DNA of 64,000 nt from Chiloscyllium plagiosum (Eukaryota), in assembly GCF_004010195.1 (NCBI RefSeq), contig NC_057759.1, positions 5,609,725 through 5,673,724 of the forward strand, in the 5' to 3' direction. Below are positions 24,109 through 37,671 of this stretch, piece by piece. The position numbers were made by a program, and so were the translations under genes. The number at the start of each line of letters is the position of its first letter. The first letter of the stretch is position 1. The notes beneath the pieces are model-generated. The model did not search any database. It saw only the letters and a list, made by a program, of their open reading frames with translations, and was not told the origin of the DNA.

Positions 24109-27100
24109 AAAGGAAGGACAGAAAGGGAGGCAAGAGAGGAGGGGGAGTGGTATTTTTGATAAGGGATAGCATTTCAGCCGTGCTGAGGGAGGATATTTCT
24201 GGAAATACATCCAGGTATGTTATTTGGGTGGAACTGAGAAATAAGAAAGGGATGATCACCTTATTGGGATTGTATTATAGACCACCTAATAGTCAGAGGG
24301 AAATTGAGAAACAAACTTGTAAGGATATCTCAACTATCTGTAAGAATAATAGAGTGATTATGGTAGGGGATTTTAACTTTCTGAACATAGGCTGGGACTG
24401 CCATAGTTTAAGGATTGAGATGGAGAGGAATTTGTGAAGAGTGTACAAGACAATTTTCTGATTCAGTATGTGGATGTACCTACTAGAGAAGGTGCAAAGC
24501 TTGACCTACTCTTGGGAAATAAGGCAGGGCAGGTGACTGAGGTGTCAGTTAGAGAGCAATTTGGGGCCAGCGACCATAATTCTATTAGATTTAAAATAGT
24601 GATGGAAAAGGATAGACCAGATCTAAAAGTTGAAGTTCTAAATTGGAAAAAGGCCAATTTTGATTGTATCAGGCAAGAATTTTCAAAAGCTGATTGGGCG
24701 CAGATGTTTGCAGGTAAAGGGAGAGCTGGAAAATGGGAATCCTTCAGAATGGGCGGCACGGTGGCACAGTGGTTAGCACTGCTGCCTCACAGCGCCAGAG
24801 ACCCGGGTTCAATTCCCGCCTCAGGCGACTGACTGTGTGGAGTTTGCACGTTCTCCCCGTGTCTGCGTGGGTTTCCTCCGGGTGCTCCGGTTTCCTCCCA
24901 CAGTCCAAAGATGTGCAGGTCAGGTGAATTGGCCATGCTAAATTGCCCGTAGTGTTAGGTAAGGGGTAAATGTAGGGGTATGGGTGGGTTGCGCTTCGGC
25001 GGGTCAGTGTGGACTTGTTGGGCCGAAGGGCCTGTTTCCACACTGTATGTAATCTAATCTAATCTATGTAATCTAATCTAATCTAATGAGATACCAAGAG
25101 TCCAGAGAAAGTATATTCCTGTTAAGGTGAAAGGAAAGGCTGGTAGGTATAGGGGATGCTGGATGACGAAAGAAATTGAGGGTTTGGTTAAGAAAAAGAA
25201 GGAAGCATATGTAAGGACAGATCGAATGAATCCTTAGAACAGTATAAAGGCAGTAGGAGTATACTTATGAGGGAAATCAGGAGGGCAAAAAGGGGACATC
25301 AGATAGCTTTAGGAAGTAGGAGTAAGGAGAATCCAAAGGGTTTTTACAAATACATTAAGGACAAAAGGGTAACTAGGGAGAGAATAGGGCCCCTCAAAGA
25401 TCTGCAAGGCGGCTTTTGTGTGGAGCCGCAGAAAATGGGGGAGATACAAAATTAGTATTTTGCATCAGTATTTACTGTGGAAAAGGACATGGAAGATATA
25501 AAATGTAGGGAAATAGATGGTGATATCTTGAAAAATGTCCACATTACAGAGGAGGAAGTGCTGGGTATCTTGAAACGCATAAAAGTGGATAAATCCCCAG
25601 GACCTGATCAGGTGTACCCTAGAACTCTGTGGGAAGCTAGAGAAATGATTGCTGGGCCTCTTGCTGAGATATTTGTATCATCCATAGTCACAAGTTTGGT
25701 GCAGGAAGACGAGAGGTTGGCAAACGTGGTGCCACTGTTAACAAGGGTGGTAAGGACAAGTCAGGGAACTATAGACCAGTTAGCCTGACGTTGGTGGTGG
25801 GCAAGTTGTTGAAGGGAATCCTGAGGGACAGAGGTATATGTATTTGGAGAGACAAGGACTGATTAGGGATACTCAGCATGGCTTTGTGTGTAGGAAATCA
25901 TGTCTCACAAACTTGATTGAGTTTTTTGAAGAAGTAACAAAGAGGCCTGATGAGGGCAGAGTAGTAGATATGGACTTCAGTAAAGCATTCAACAAGGTTC
26001 CCCATGGGAGATTGGTTAGCAAGGTTAGATCTCATGGAATACAGGGAGAACTAGCTGTGTGGATACAGAACTGGCTCAAAAGGTAGAAGATAGAGGGTGT
26101 TGGTAGAGAGTTGTTTTTCAGACTGGAGGCCTGTGACCAGCGGAGTGCCACAAGGATCGATGCTGGGTCCACTACTTTTTGTCATTTACATAAATGATTT
26201 GGATTTCAGCATAAGAGGTACAGTTAGTAAGCTTGCAGATGACACCAAAATTGGAGGTGTAGTGGACAGTGAAGAAGGTTACCTCAGATAACAACAGGAC
26301 CTTGACCAGATGGGCCAATGGGCTGAGAAGTGGCAGGTGGTGTATAATTCAGATAAATGGGAGGTACTGCATTTTGGGAAAGCAAATCTTATACACTTAG
26401 TGGTAAGGTCCAAGGGAGTGTTGCTGAACCAAGAGACCTTGGAGCGCCGGTTCATAGCTCCTTGAAAGTGGAGTCGCAGGTAGATAGGATAGTGAAGAAG
26501 GTGTTTGGTATGCTCTCTTTTATTGGTCAGAGTATTGAGTACAGGAGTTGGGAGGTCATGTTGCAGCTGCACAGGACATTGGTTAGGCCATTCCTAGAAT
26601 ATTGCGTGCAATTGTGGTCTCCTTCCTATCGGAAAAATGTTTTGAAACTTGAAAGGGTTCAGAAAAGATTTACAAGAATGTTGCCAGGGTTGGAGAATTT
26701 AAGCTATAGGGAGAGGCTGAACAGGCTGGGGATGTTTTCCCTGGAACGTCAGAGGTTGAGGAGTGACCTTATAGAGGTTTACAAAATCATGAGGGGCATG
26801 GATACGATATATAGATAAAATCTTTTCCCTGGGGCCGGGAGTCCAGAACCAGAGGGCATAGGTTTAGGGCGAGAGGGTAAAGATATAAGAGAGACCTAAG
26901 GGGCGACATTTTCACACATGTATGGAATGAGCTGCCAGAGGAAGCGGTGGAGGCTGATACAATTGCAACATTTAAAAGGCATTTGGATGGGTATATAAAT
27001 AGGAAGGATTTGGAGGGATATTGGCTGGGTGCTGGCAGGTGGGTTGGGATATCTGGTCGGCATGGACGGGGTCTGACCGAAGGGTCTGTTTCCATGCTGT

Positions 27101-27117
27101 ACACCTCTATGACTCTA
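24109..27117 (+). mobile_element. CR1 LINE, most of ORF2 (APE endonuclease plus RT), disrupted
   Basis: GLYYRPP, MVGDFNF, SDHNSI, SPGPD, QHGF, DFSKAF, GVPQGS, KLADD, CR1 3' tail; multiple stops and frameshifts. Confidence 0.95.
24751..25085 (+). mobile_element. Full-length HE1-like V-SINE nested in CR1
   Basis: tRNA-like A/B boxes (TGGCACAGTGG; GGTTCAATTCC), V-domain CTCCGGTTTCCTCCCAC, (AATCT)n tail. Confidence 0.9.
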
Positions 27118-27758
27118 ATTTGTTCCTTTCAGTTTCTTCATTGCGAACATGACAGTGCACTTATTAATCTTTCTAGGACAGTTCCTATTGTGTAAAAGTG
27201 AATGTGTGTTTACCAATCTGTCAGTGTCAATTTCTGACATCTGAATGTAATTTTAGTGATCGTTATGTACTTGTCAGATTTTCTTTTATCTCTGCGAATG
27301 AAAGTGTCAACTTCGGTCTCTACCTGACAGTAGTTGAGTTTGATTATTGATCTGAAATATCAGTTTCTAACTGAATGAAAATTTGAACACAATTATGCAT
27401 CTGTGTCTGATACTTTCTGATATCTGAATATGGAAGTATAGTTGTCAAACCATTCCTATTGGTATGTGCAATGAAAATAAGAGCCTGTGTGTCACTTTCT
27501 GTCACGTGAACATCGGAGTGTCATGAATCTATCCATGTCACTGCCCGCAAGGTGGAGGGGATGTGTGTGATTTTGTGTGTGTAGGTAACTGCCCTGTCAA
27601 TTGTGTGTTGTCATCAATGTCATTTTGCCTGTCTCTGCAATGCCAACGAGTGAACAAACGTATCAATGTTTGCTTGTCAGTTTCTGTTTGTCAAAGGGAC
27701 GTAACTCTCTGGCAGCTACTAATATTCTCTGTGAAGATGTGATTCGTTATGGGATACT

Positions 27759-29093
27759 TGTTACGAGGGTGATTTTGAGAAAGTGCATAGCCTTCAAACT
27801 TGACGTTAAACATTTAGACTAAAATGTAATGCTGAGTTATAGAACACATTTACTGCACTAGAAAATAGACAGGCAGGAAAGCTCAGAAAAAGGGGGGAAC
27901 TTAAAGATAGAGAAACCTGAGCTCACCAAGTGATAACAGGATGTTGTAAGGCAATTAAGAACATTTGCCTTAGCATCGGTGAATCTGTGTGAACAGGACA
28001 CCAAGTGATAACATTCACAACCGTTCCCTTGTGAAATTAATGACAGTGTTTGATTCTGACCCTGAAACGAAACTCAGTATGATCAAAAGCTTTGTAATTA
28101 ACGATTAGATGCTGCCAACTTTAATGGATTCTTCTTACCTCCTTGCAAGCAGGACAGACACAGAGAAAAAAAAACTTTGCTGACTTGAGAGTTCAAAAGA
28201 ACACGATTTTAGTATTGAGGCTACGGGAGACTGTAGAAAATTAACTCTTTGTGCTTATCTGCAATGGATTGATTTTAATTGCACTTTGGGACTTTATGAT
28301 GATATTGAGTAGCCAATACCAGTTACTAAATACAAACTCTGTAAAAGGTAATATTGATGAAGCCCTAACTTACTTGCTATTCTTGCAGACCACTCTACAG
28401 ACCTTACAGACTGCCCCACTGTCAATTCTAACTAGTCAGATCTTATGTCTTATTTGAATTTGAATCACAAACTTGCAAAGAAGGCATGTTTAACTTGAGA
28501 TTAATTAATCATTTTAGATACAACCTTGCAGTAACATTTCAGCCTGAGGTACAGAATGGTTCTGTGCTTAAGATAAAAAGCAGGAATCTGCTCCCAGCTT
28601 AAAATTGTTTTAAACCTAACATTGAAGAGACTCTGACACAATATGTCAGGAAGCCATTTTATGATCAAGAGTTTGCCCTCCTTTCTAAGAAGCCACTTCA
28701 TAAAACAATTGTATCAGATATGTGAGCTGTGCAAGGTTACCTTATGGACTCTCCAATTACTCGGACTGGTATATTTTTATGATAGGAGCTTATCTCGCTA
28801 GCAGGCTGGGTATGTTTTTCCCACCTGATGAATGGCTTAAGGCCTATAAGAGTGATTAGTCAAGCGTACACAGACCTGTCAATTAACTTTTCTTCCTTAC
28901 AAATTATTGTCTTTCACTTATCTGTCTAATTAAGCTCATGCAATGTTTTTGTAAACTTTTGTATAAAGGAGGCCACTTTGTATCAGTACATCGGAGTAGC
29001 CTGCTGGGGCATTTGAAGAGCTGGTACTCTACTCTCCTAGGTTATTCGAACCTAGTTAGTTTAGCTTATAGGTATCAGGGTTATGTTGTAACA
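27759..29093. mobile_element. Possible LTR-like sequence
   Basis: TGTTAC...GTAACA inverted termini and TATA-like sites; no TSD and no coding remnant. Confidence 0.3.
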
Positions 29094-29531
29094 GTGATGC
29101 TATTAGTGAATAAAGGGGATGACTAAAATTAAACTAATCTGTCTGTAAGAAGTTTTTATTCCCGACTTCCAAAGAGTACGATCTCCAGGACAAACCAAAA
29201 GAGAAGAGGCTTTATAGGTCTGAGTCCACAAGGGATTCCCTGGCCCATCTCAAATCTGTACTTTAACAATTTGAGGCAAATTTGTTTCAGTTCTTGAGTG
29301 TATATTTTGGACAAGAGTTCAGACTTTCCAGTTTGAAAATTGTGCAAATTGTGCAAAATTGAGCTGTGAATGGTGACATTTGTTCAAATGGACACATGTG
29401 CATTTGTGAGAGAAAAAAAAAACATATTTTCTCTGTTGTTTGAACATCTCTCTCTCTCTCTCAAATTGAGCTCAATCCAATCTGCTCTGAATGTGGAAAG
29501 GATGTTTGTCGCTCTGACAACGGTAACATAC

Positions 29532-29613
29532 CTGCTGTTTGTTAGAAGCAGCTGGTCATACTTGGCTTTGTACAGAGGGAATATTACATTGTCTTGACCC
29601 TTCCAGTATTTGC
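29532..29613 (-). other. 82-nt exon-like cassette, unit 2 copy b
   Basis: ctgttctgtcttcctccAG|GCAAATAC...AACAGCAG|GTATGT. Confidence 0.55.
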
Positions 29614-30139
29614 CTGGAGGAAGACAGAACAGAAATCTCCTGTAAATCACCATCAGCCAAGTTTGACCATCTTTAGCTGTTAATAATCATTAGGATATTG
29701 TTTTTAAAGACAGGAATCCAAACAGAACAACATGTCTGATTCTACCCTTGCTCCATGTCTGGTGATTTTTCTTTTTGTTAACTCAATACCAATTGAGTGA
29801 GGTCCAGAAACTAACCAATAACTGTACAGCTCCATGAATGGGGCTATCCAATGCAAGCAGGGCTGGGAATCAGTTTCATTTTTGACCTATTCACGTCAAT
29901 TCCTACTTTGTCAATGACAACCACACTCTCACATTTTGCCCTTCTAAGCCTTTCTGAAATTACTTATGTATTCACATAGCAGTGACTCACAGGGACAGAT
30001 TAACATAGAACTATAGATTCATTGAAATGACATTGCACATATTGTCCATTCCAACCCAAAGACACCAGATGGCCATTCTAATTCCACCTTCCTGCACCCA
30101 GCCCATAACCCTGCAGCTGAGAGCACTGTCCATTTGGGA

Positions 30140-33100
30140 AACCTGAATGTATTTCTCAATTTGTTCATGTCAGCCTCTGTTTCGTAGATATGTAAATGTA
30201 TTTATCAATTTGTACTGGTCAATTTCTTCTGTATGAATATTTGAATGGAGTTATCCATCTCTACTTGTAAATATCAAAGTACAGCTATTAATATATGTCA
30301 GTCTCCACAATGTGAATGTGTGAGTTTATTGACCATCCTATCCCTGTCGGTTTTTGCTTTGTTATTCCGAGAATGTCAGTAATAACCTGTCCCTGTGAGG
30401 TTGTGGTTGTGAATGCATTTATCAACATATACCTGTCAGTTTCAGTCCATGTGTGTTATCAATCTGTGCCTATCAGATTCTGCTGTGTGAATATGACCGT
30501 CATTTTCAGTCTCTACCTGTCAGTTTTGTGAAATGAGCAAGTGATTGTCAATCAATTTGTTTCTGTCAGTTGTTGCAATGAGAATGTGTGACTGTAGTTA
30601 TCAATCTGGCCATGTCACTTTCTGCTTTGTCCATGCATGTGTGTAGTTATCAATCTGCACCGTTCAGTTTCTGCTCTGTATCTGTGGCTTATTTATCAAT
30701 CTATTGTTGTCTGTCTTTGCAATGTGAAAGTGAATTGATCAACCTTTCCTTATTAGTTTCTATTCTCTGAATCAGAGTGTTTAGTTATTAATCTGTGACT
30801 GTCACCTTTGGATTTGTGAATGTGTAAATGCATTAATCATTCTGTATCTGTCATATTCTACTTTGAGTCTTCCTGAGGGTTTAGTTTTGATATATCCCTG
30901 TCAAAATGTATGTGTATCTGTAAATGTAGTTACCAATCCATACCTGTCAGTTTTTCTGGCTGAATAGGTGTGTGAAATTGTCAGTCTATACCTGACCAAT
31001 TCTGCTGTGTGAATATGAGCAATTCGGAAGCAGCTCTTCCTGTCAGTCTCTGCAATGTGAATATGAGTGGATTTATCAATATTTCCCTGTCAGTTTCTGC
31101 TCGGTGAGACAGTGTTGGGATCAATATATTATGCCCTATGAATATTTGAGCGTCTTTATCAAATTATACCTGTCAGAAAATTTTCTCTGCATATACGGAA
31201 ATTTAACAGTCAGTTTCATCAATGTGAATATGTGAGCATAGGTTTGAATCTATGCCTATCTGTTTCTGCCAAGTCAATATGAGTCATATTGAGATAGAGT
31301 TTTCAATCTCTACCTGACAGATTCTGTGTGAAATAGAGTGTACTTTTCAAACTGTATCTGAGAGTTTATGTTAAGTGAAAGTGTTGTATCAAATTGTAAC
31401 CGTGATTTTCTGTTATGTGACTAGAAGAGTGTAATCTGTCCCTGTCAGTGTCTCCTCCATATATCCGAGGAAGTAATTAAACTATTCCTGCCAGTTTTTG
31501 CTATGTGAATGAGAGTGTACATATCAACCAATATCTGGCAGTACAAGCTATGAGAATGAGAGTGTTGCTATCAATCTGTACCTTTCAGTTCCTGTTATTT
31601 CAACACATGAGTTTAGTTCTCAATCTGTACCAGTCAGTTTCTTTTTGGTGAATATGTGAGTGCGTATATCAATCATTCTTTGTCAATATCTGTGTTGTGA
31701 CTATGTGAATGAGGTTATCAATTTGTAAACCTGTCAGTTTCAACTATGTGCATATGGAAATATTGTTATTAATCTCTACCTGTCAGATTCTCTTCTGTGG
31801 ATATAGTGCAGTTATTGATCTGTCTTTGCTTTATGAACATCCAAATATAGTCATCAATATGGACTTGTCAGTTTCCACTATGTGAATGTGTATGTGTATT
31901 TTCCAACCTATCCCTGTGAGTTTCTGCTGTCTGTATGTGAGAGTGCTGATATGAACATTTAGCTGTAAGTTTCTGGTTTGGTAATGTCCAAATGCCTTTA
32001 TCAAAATGTATATCAGTTTCTGTAATGTAAATGTGTGTGTCCAGTTATCAATTTATGACTGCAACATTCTGCTCTGTGAATATGTAAGTGGTGGTTATCA
32101 TCTGTACCTATTAGTTTCTGCTACATGGATAAATGAGGATAGTTGTCAACCTGTTCCTGTCAGTTTGTGCTGTGAATGTGTCAGTGCAGTTATCAGTCTG
32201 CATCTGTCAATTTCTGCTAGGTGAATGAGAGAGAGTAGTTCCCAATACGTACCTGTGAGATTCTAATCAGATATTTTTGAGTATCGTTATCAAACTGTAC
32301 ATGACAATGTGTTTTCCCCTCTGTGAACATGAAATTGTAGTTATAAATCTTTACCTGTTTGGTTATGGTATGGGAAAGATCTTGTCAGTTTCCGGTATGT
32401 GAGTGTAGTTATCCATCTGTGCCTGTCAGTGTCTGTTATCTGAATGTATGAGTGCAAGTATCAAACTGTGGGTCTCAGTTTCTGCTATGCCAATTAGCGA
32501 GTTTAATTTTTGATCTGTACCTGTCAGTTTCAGATATGTGAATATATGAATGCAGTAATTAATATGAATGTTTCTGCTTGTAAAAATGCAAATATATTCA
32601 TTAAATCATACCTGTCATTTTCTGTAATGTGAATATGAAAATGTAGTTATCAATCTGTAACTGTCATGTTCTGTTCTGTGAATATACAAGTTGTGATCAA
32701 TTTGCACCAGTCAGTTTCTGCGGTGTGAATATTCTTGTATAATGTGGCACATTATACGGCACAGTGGCTCAGTGGTTGGCTCAGTTGCCTCACAGCACCA
32801 GGGACCTGGAGTCGATTTCAGCCTCGGGCGACTGTCTATGTGGAGTTTGCACATTCTACCTGTGTCTGTGTGGGTTTCCTCTGAGTGCCCCGGTTTCCTC
32901 CCACAGTCCAAAGAAGTGGTTAGGTGAATTGGCCATGCTAAATTGCCCATCGTGTTCAGGGATGTGTGGGTTAGGTGCATTAATCAGGGGTAAATGTAGA
33001 GTGATAAGGGAGTGGTTCTGGTTGAGATAATCTTCTGAGGATTGGTGTGGACTTGCTGGGCTGAAGGTCCTGTTTCAAAACTGTATGGCTTCTAATTCTA

Positions 33101-34500
33101 ACCAAAAGACTCTTCCTGAAAGTTTCTGCTAGATGAGTTATTAAATGTAAATAGATTAGTTATTAATCTCTCCCCATCAGTTTCTGAGCTGACAATGTAT
33201 GAATGCATTTATCAATCTGAATCTGCCATTCTTTGTAATATGAATGTGTGAGTACAGTTATTGTTCTATGCCTGGAGACATAGGTGTGGAGGCTAGGAAA
33301 CTTGGGGAAATAAATGTTGACATCTTGAAAACAGCCCACACACCAACAGACGGGGTGCTAGAGATGGTATAAAAAACATAATGGTGTATCAAACTCTCGG
33401 ACCTGATCAAGTATATCCCATGATAGTGTAGGAAGCTGTATTGATAATTTGAATAAATGATATTGTTTTCTTACTTTTTTTAGAATATCTCATAGGGCAG
33501 GTCATTCTATCCCTATCAATTATTGCAATATGAATGTGTGACTGTGGTTATCAAATCTGTACCTGTCAGTTTCTGTGTGAATATATGGGTGCAGTTATCA
33601 ATCTCAGTTTCTGCAATGTGATTGACAGTATAATTATCAGTCTCTCGCTGTCAGCTTCTCCAACACCTATATGTGATTTTAGTTATCAAGCTGAACCTCT
33701 GTTAGTTTCTGTCATATGAATATGTGAGTGTCATCATCAATCTGTCCCAGTCAGTTACTGCAATGTGAATGGGTGAGAGTAGATATCAAGTTGTAACTGT
33801 TTCTGCCATGTGAATATGCATTGAATGTGAGAGTGTAGTTGTCAGTTTTTGCTTGTCAAACTGAGTATTGTTATTGATCTATACTTGTCAGATTCTGCTG
33901 TGTGAAACTGGGAGATTCGTTATCAAAAGTTAGTTTCATATTGCATAAACTAACAAGTGAGTGTTATTCTCAATCTGTTCCTGTCAGTTTCTGCTTCATG
34001 GATATGATACATTTGGTATCAAACTTTGTCAGTAACTACAATGTGAACGGCAGGGTGTATTTACTAATTTGTTCCGATCAGTTTCAGCTCTGTGTATTTA
34101 AGTGTGCTGTTATTAATCTGTAACTGTTAGTGTCTGCCATGTGAATGTGAGTGCATTTATCAATCTTACCCTATCAGCTTTTGTATTGTGAATATGTGAA
34201 AGTACTTTTGTACCTGCCAGTTCTAATATGTAAATATTGTCCTCAATTTCTCCTTGTCAATTTTTGCTATATGTGTTACAGCATGCAGTTAGCAATCTGT
34301 ACATGAATGTTTCTGCAATGTGAACATCAGAATATAGTTACCAATCTGACTGCTCTGTAAATGTAGAAGTACAGTCATCAAACTGTACATGCCAGCTTCT
34401 GCTTTGTGACTCTGAATTTAGGTATTAATCTATGCCTGTCAATTTCAGCCATGTGAATGTGTGAGTGCACTTATCGATCTGTACCTGTCAGTTTCTGCTT
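30140..34500 (+). repeat. Large degenerate tandem array, 47-49 bp unit
   Basis: TCAATC recurs at 31571, 31620 and 31669; approximate consensus TATCAATCTGTACCTGTCAGTTTCTGCTATGTGAATATGTGAGTGTAGT. Confidence 0.9.
32757..33100 (+). mobile_element. HE1-like SINE inserted in the tandem array
   Basis: Diverged copy of 24751-25085. Confidence 0.85.
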
Positions 34501-35858
34501 AGTGCATTTGCTTTGTGTCATGGATTGTGTATTGGAAAATTAAAGGGTTTTCCAATTCCTGTAGTGCAGACTCGAACTGGGAAGAATGATACTATGGGCT
34601 GTTCTTCAGGATGCCATCAATTTTTCCTCAGCGCATAGCTAGATACTTTTGTGAATAATGCTGCGAAATGGATAGGTGTTACATTCCTTTGTTAGTGTTG
34701 AAAGGAAAGGGGAACGAACAAATAAAGTGTATTGTAGCCGACTGACCACAATGTTCCTGCTACAGGAAAGAGAATTGACTAGTTCACTTCATTATTCTAT
34801 TGTGAGTGTTACATAATCCTGCTCTGTGGTGTGATGGTGCAAGCCATTAGCAGTACTCTCCTGATGCTCTATGGTGGCGATGAGGAAAGTGAAAAGACTT
34901 GTATTTTTGTCATATAGTGGAGAAGATTTCAATCATGCAGACAAATTTATTGAACATGGTTGAACTCTTCCTGCAAAAAGAATGAGAATTTTCAAATTAC
35001 AAGATTTGGCTAAATTCCTTTGTTGAATTAAAGGGTGATTATTTGATTATATTATGAAATTGATGATATGACACTATTTTCTTGCTTTTTTGTGATATTT
35101 CAAAGGGTGGGACATTTGGGATTCTTTGTAGAAGATTCAAGTGAATTTGGAGACCAAGTTACACATTTTTTAATAAAAATAAATTAATACTGGGTAGTGT
35201 GAAAATTTAATTTCTATCCCTGCAAGGTGAATATGTTGAGAATGATGTTGAGATCAAGGTGGGCTTGGCAGCTCCTTTGCTGCCATGGCACACTCATTGA
35301 AATGGAATGCTGGCTGAATGAGATTAGTTGCTTGTTTTCGTGTAAACATTTGTATATATTCATTTCTGTTTCCTACAGTGTAAATGTATGTACATCGCTG
35401 TTAGTCTCTGTATCTTGTGTGTTGATATGGTGAGTGTAGTGGGGACTCAGTCTGAATCAGTCAGGACCTTTGTGTATGTGTGCTCAGTAATGATTCACTT
35501 TTGGTCACATATGGCTGTTGAAACTATGTAAAAGCATGATGTCGTTGTTTATCTGGTTTGTGACATTTAAAATGCCCTTTTAAAATGTAAACTTGACTTG
35601 GACACTAACTGCCTACTTTAGGCAACCAGTCAGCTTTAAACATGCTGTGAATGTTCATGGCCTGTGAATCATATTAATTGAAACTGGGAAGATGTCGATG
35701 GAGAATGCAGAGAAAAAAAGAAACTGGTCTTTCCACAGTTGAGTCTGACTGTTTGCTTATTTGGATAGATCTCTGGAAATTGAGCTCAAACGAAGTCTGA
35801 TCCAATCTGCTCTGTGCCTGGGGAAAGGATGTTCTCTGCTTTGACAGGGGTAACAAAC

Positions 35859-35940
35859 CTGCTGTTTGTTCGAAGCAGCTGGTCACACTTGGCATTGTAC
35901 TGTGGAAATATGACATTGTCTTCATCATTCAAATATTTGC
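35859..35940 (-). other. 82-nt exon-like cassette, unit 2 copy a (acceptor AG>AA, donor GTTTGT)
   Basis: Ungapped alignment to the other five copies. Confidence 0.45.
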
Positions 35941-36430
35941 TTGGCAGAAGATTTTTCAGCTGTAAATCAACAAAAGCCTAAAGTTAGGCAAGATTAAACT
36001 GATCAGTGTGGCAGTCAGTTAATAATCATTAAGGTATTTTCAAACCTAGCAATTCGAACAGAACCAGGTTTCGATTCCACTCTTTCCCTCAGTTGCTCCT
36101 GGTCTCCGTTTCTTTTATTTGCAACTTTGTGACAATTGGGTGAGATCCAGAACTAATATCTGTTCACCTCCATGAATGGGAATTCCTGAAGCAGCTGCAA
36201 TGCATCAACAGCAAGCTGAGAATGCAGTAAATGTTGAAGGAAAGAACAAGGGACGCTATGTCTAAAGCTTTCCTCGAAACTTCAAATCTGTTCACTCTAA
36301 TACGTGTCCTTTATAGGACTGTCACAAAATTGTGGTCTGTGCTTCCATTATTCACCGCCCAATATCAACAAACAGCGTGAAACAGAAGCCAAACAATGAA
36401 TTCCCATCAGTGTTTAGGGGATTGCAAACC

Positions 36431-36622
36431 ACGGTGGCACAGTGGTTAGCACTGCTGCCTCACAGCGCCTGAGTCCCGGGTTCAATTCCCGCCTCAGGCG
36501 ACTGACTGTGTGGAGTTTGCACGTNNNNNNNNNNNNNNNNNNNNNNCTGCCTGACCTGCTGTGCTGTTCCAGCAATAAAGTTTCAACTTTGATCTCCAGC
36601 ATCTGCAGACCTCACTTTCTCC
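36431..36622 (+). mobile_element. HE1 SINE 5' part, gap, then Penelope terminal fragment
   Basis: Matches 24757-24850 and 13195-13270. Confidence 0.75.
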
Positions 36623-36657
36623 TCTTACAAACAGCCCCCGGTTCTCCCTGAACTCAC

Positions 36658-36880
36658 CCCGAATCAATCCCGGTCTCGGAGCCCCCTCTGTGTCCCAGGC
36701 TCCCATCCCGATGTGCTGCTGGAAGGAGCCTGCTGTTCCCTCGCTTCCCTGGGCGCTGATCTCTCCATTGCGGTCTGTTTCAAACAAACCTCTTGCACTC
36801 ACTGAGTAAATGCTCCTCAACGGCAGCGCTGGGGGAGGGCCTCACGCATGCGCTCCTCTGGACAGGAACAGTCAGCGCTG
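36658..36880 (-). promoter_or_regulatory. NRF1-motif promoter and putative first exon (unit 2)
   Basis: Near-identical to 11488-11680; CGCATGCGC 36845-36853; donor 36652-36657. Confidence 0.6.
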
Positions 36881-37671
36881 CTTTAGAATGCAGGAATAAA
36901 TAATTCACATTAAACTGACAGTGACAGCAGCAGCGCTAAACTTAGGCCCAGTATGGGGAAATTAGGATCAAAGCAGAAATATTACTTCCATAAAGGGAGA
37001 GATTAAATAAGCTTGGAGTGTTTTCTCTAGAGCAGAGATAACTGAAGTGGGGCCACATGTTTGTGGTGTAAAAGATTATGAGGCATATGGAACAGTGAAT
37101 AAACAGAAGCTGCTTCACTTGTTTGAGTGATCAATCACAAGTGGTGTTTGGGTTAGGATATGGTAAGGGACTCTCACCATGGTGTAGGGTAAGGGGTAAA
37201 TATATTGAGGGAATTTCAGAAATAATCTTACTCACTCAGCAAGAGGTGGAAATCTGGAACATACTGCCTGGGAAGACAGTGGAGGTCAGTAACCTTGACC
37301 TGGAAAAAATATTTGGATGAGCACTTGAAATGTCATACTATTTAAGGATATGGGACAAGTGCAGGAAATCAGCAAACCTTATTTTGGTTGCAGACACGAT
37401 GCCTGAAGGGCTTTTCTGTGCTGTATGAGTATATCCATGTCAGCTTTTGCTCTGTGTATCACAGGGTGCTGTTATTAATTTGTACCTGTCAGCCTCTGAT
37501 TTATGACTATTTAATTGCATTTATCATATGCCATCTGTCAAGTTTTTGCTGTTTATATATGAGAGTCTAGTTATCAACCTGTAACTTTCAGGTTGTAGAG
37601 TCATACAGCCTTTGATCCAACTAGTCCATACTGACAGATACCCTAAACTAGTCAAATCTCATTTGCTAGAA

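Noticed and set aside
24751-24825. tRNA gene
   Set aside because: tRNA-like head of a SINE, continuous with the V-domain and AATCT tail; no independent cloverleaf gene.
29384-29653. Resemblance of the cassette-region ORF (CDQLL...YVTVVRA...W) to a class II cytokine receptor FN3 domain or a TRIM coiled-coil
   Set aside because: Only scattered residues match, the similarity runs across the predicted splice donor, and no other domain exons were found.
30140-34500. CRISPR-like or C2H2 zinc-finger interpretation of the tandem array
   Set aside because: No invariant repeat with unique spacers; period is 47-49 rather than 84 bp; the frame is not preserved and there are no HTGEKP linkers; eukaryotic context.
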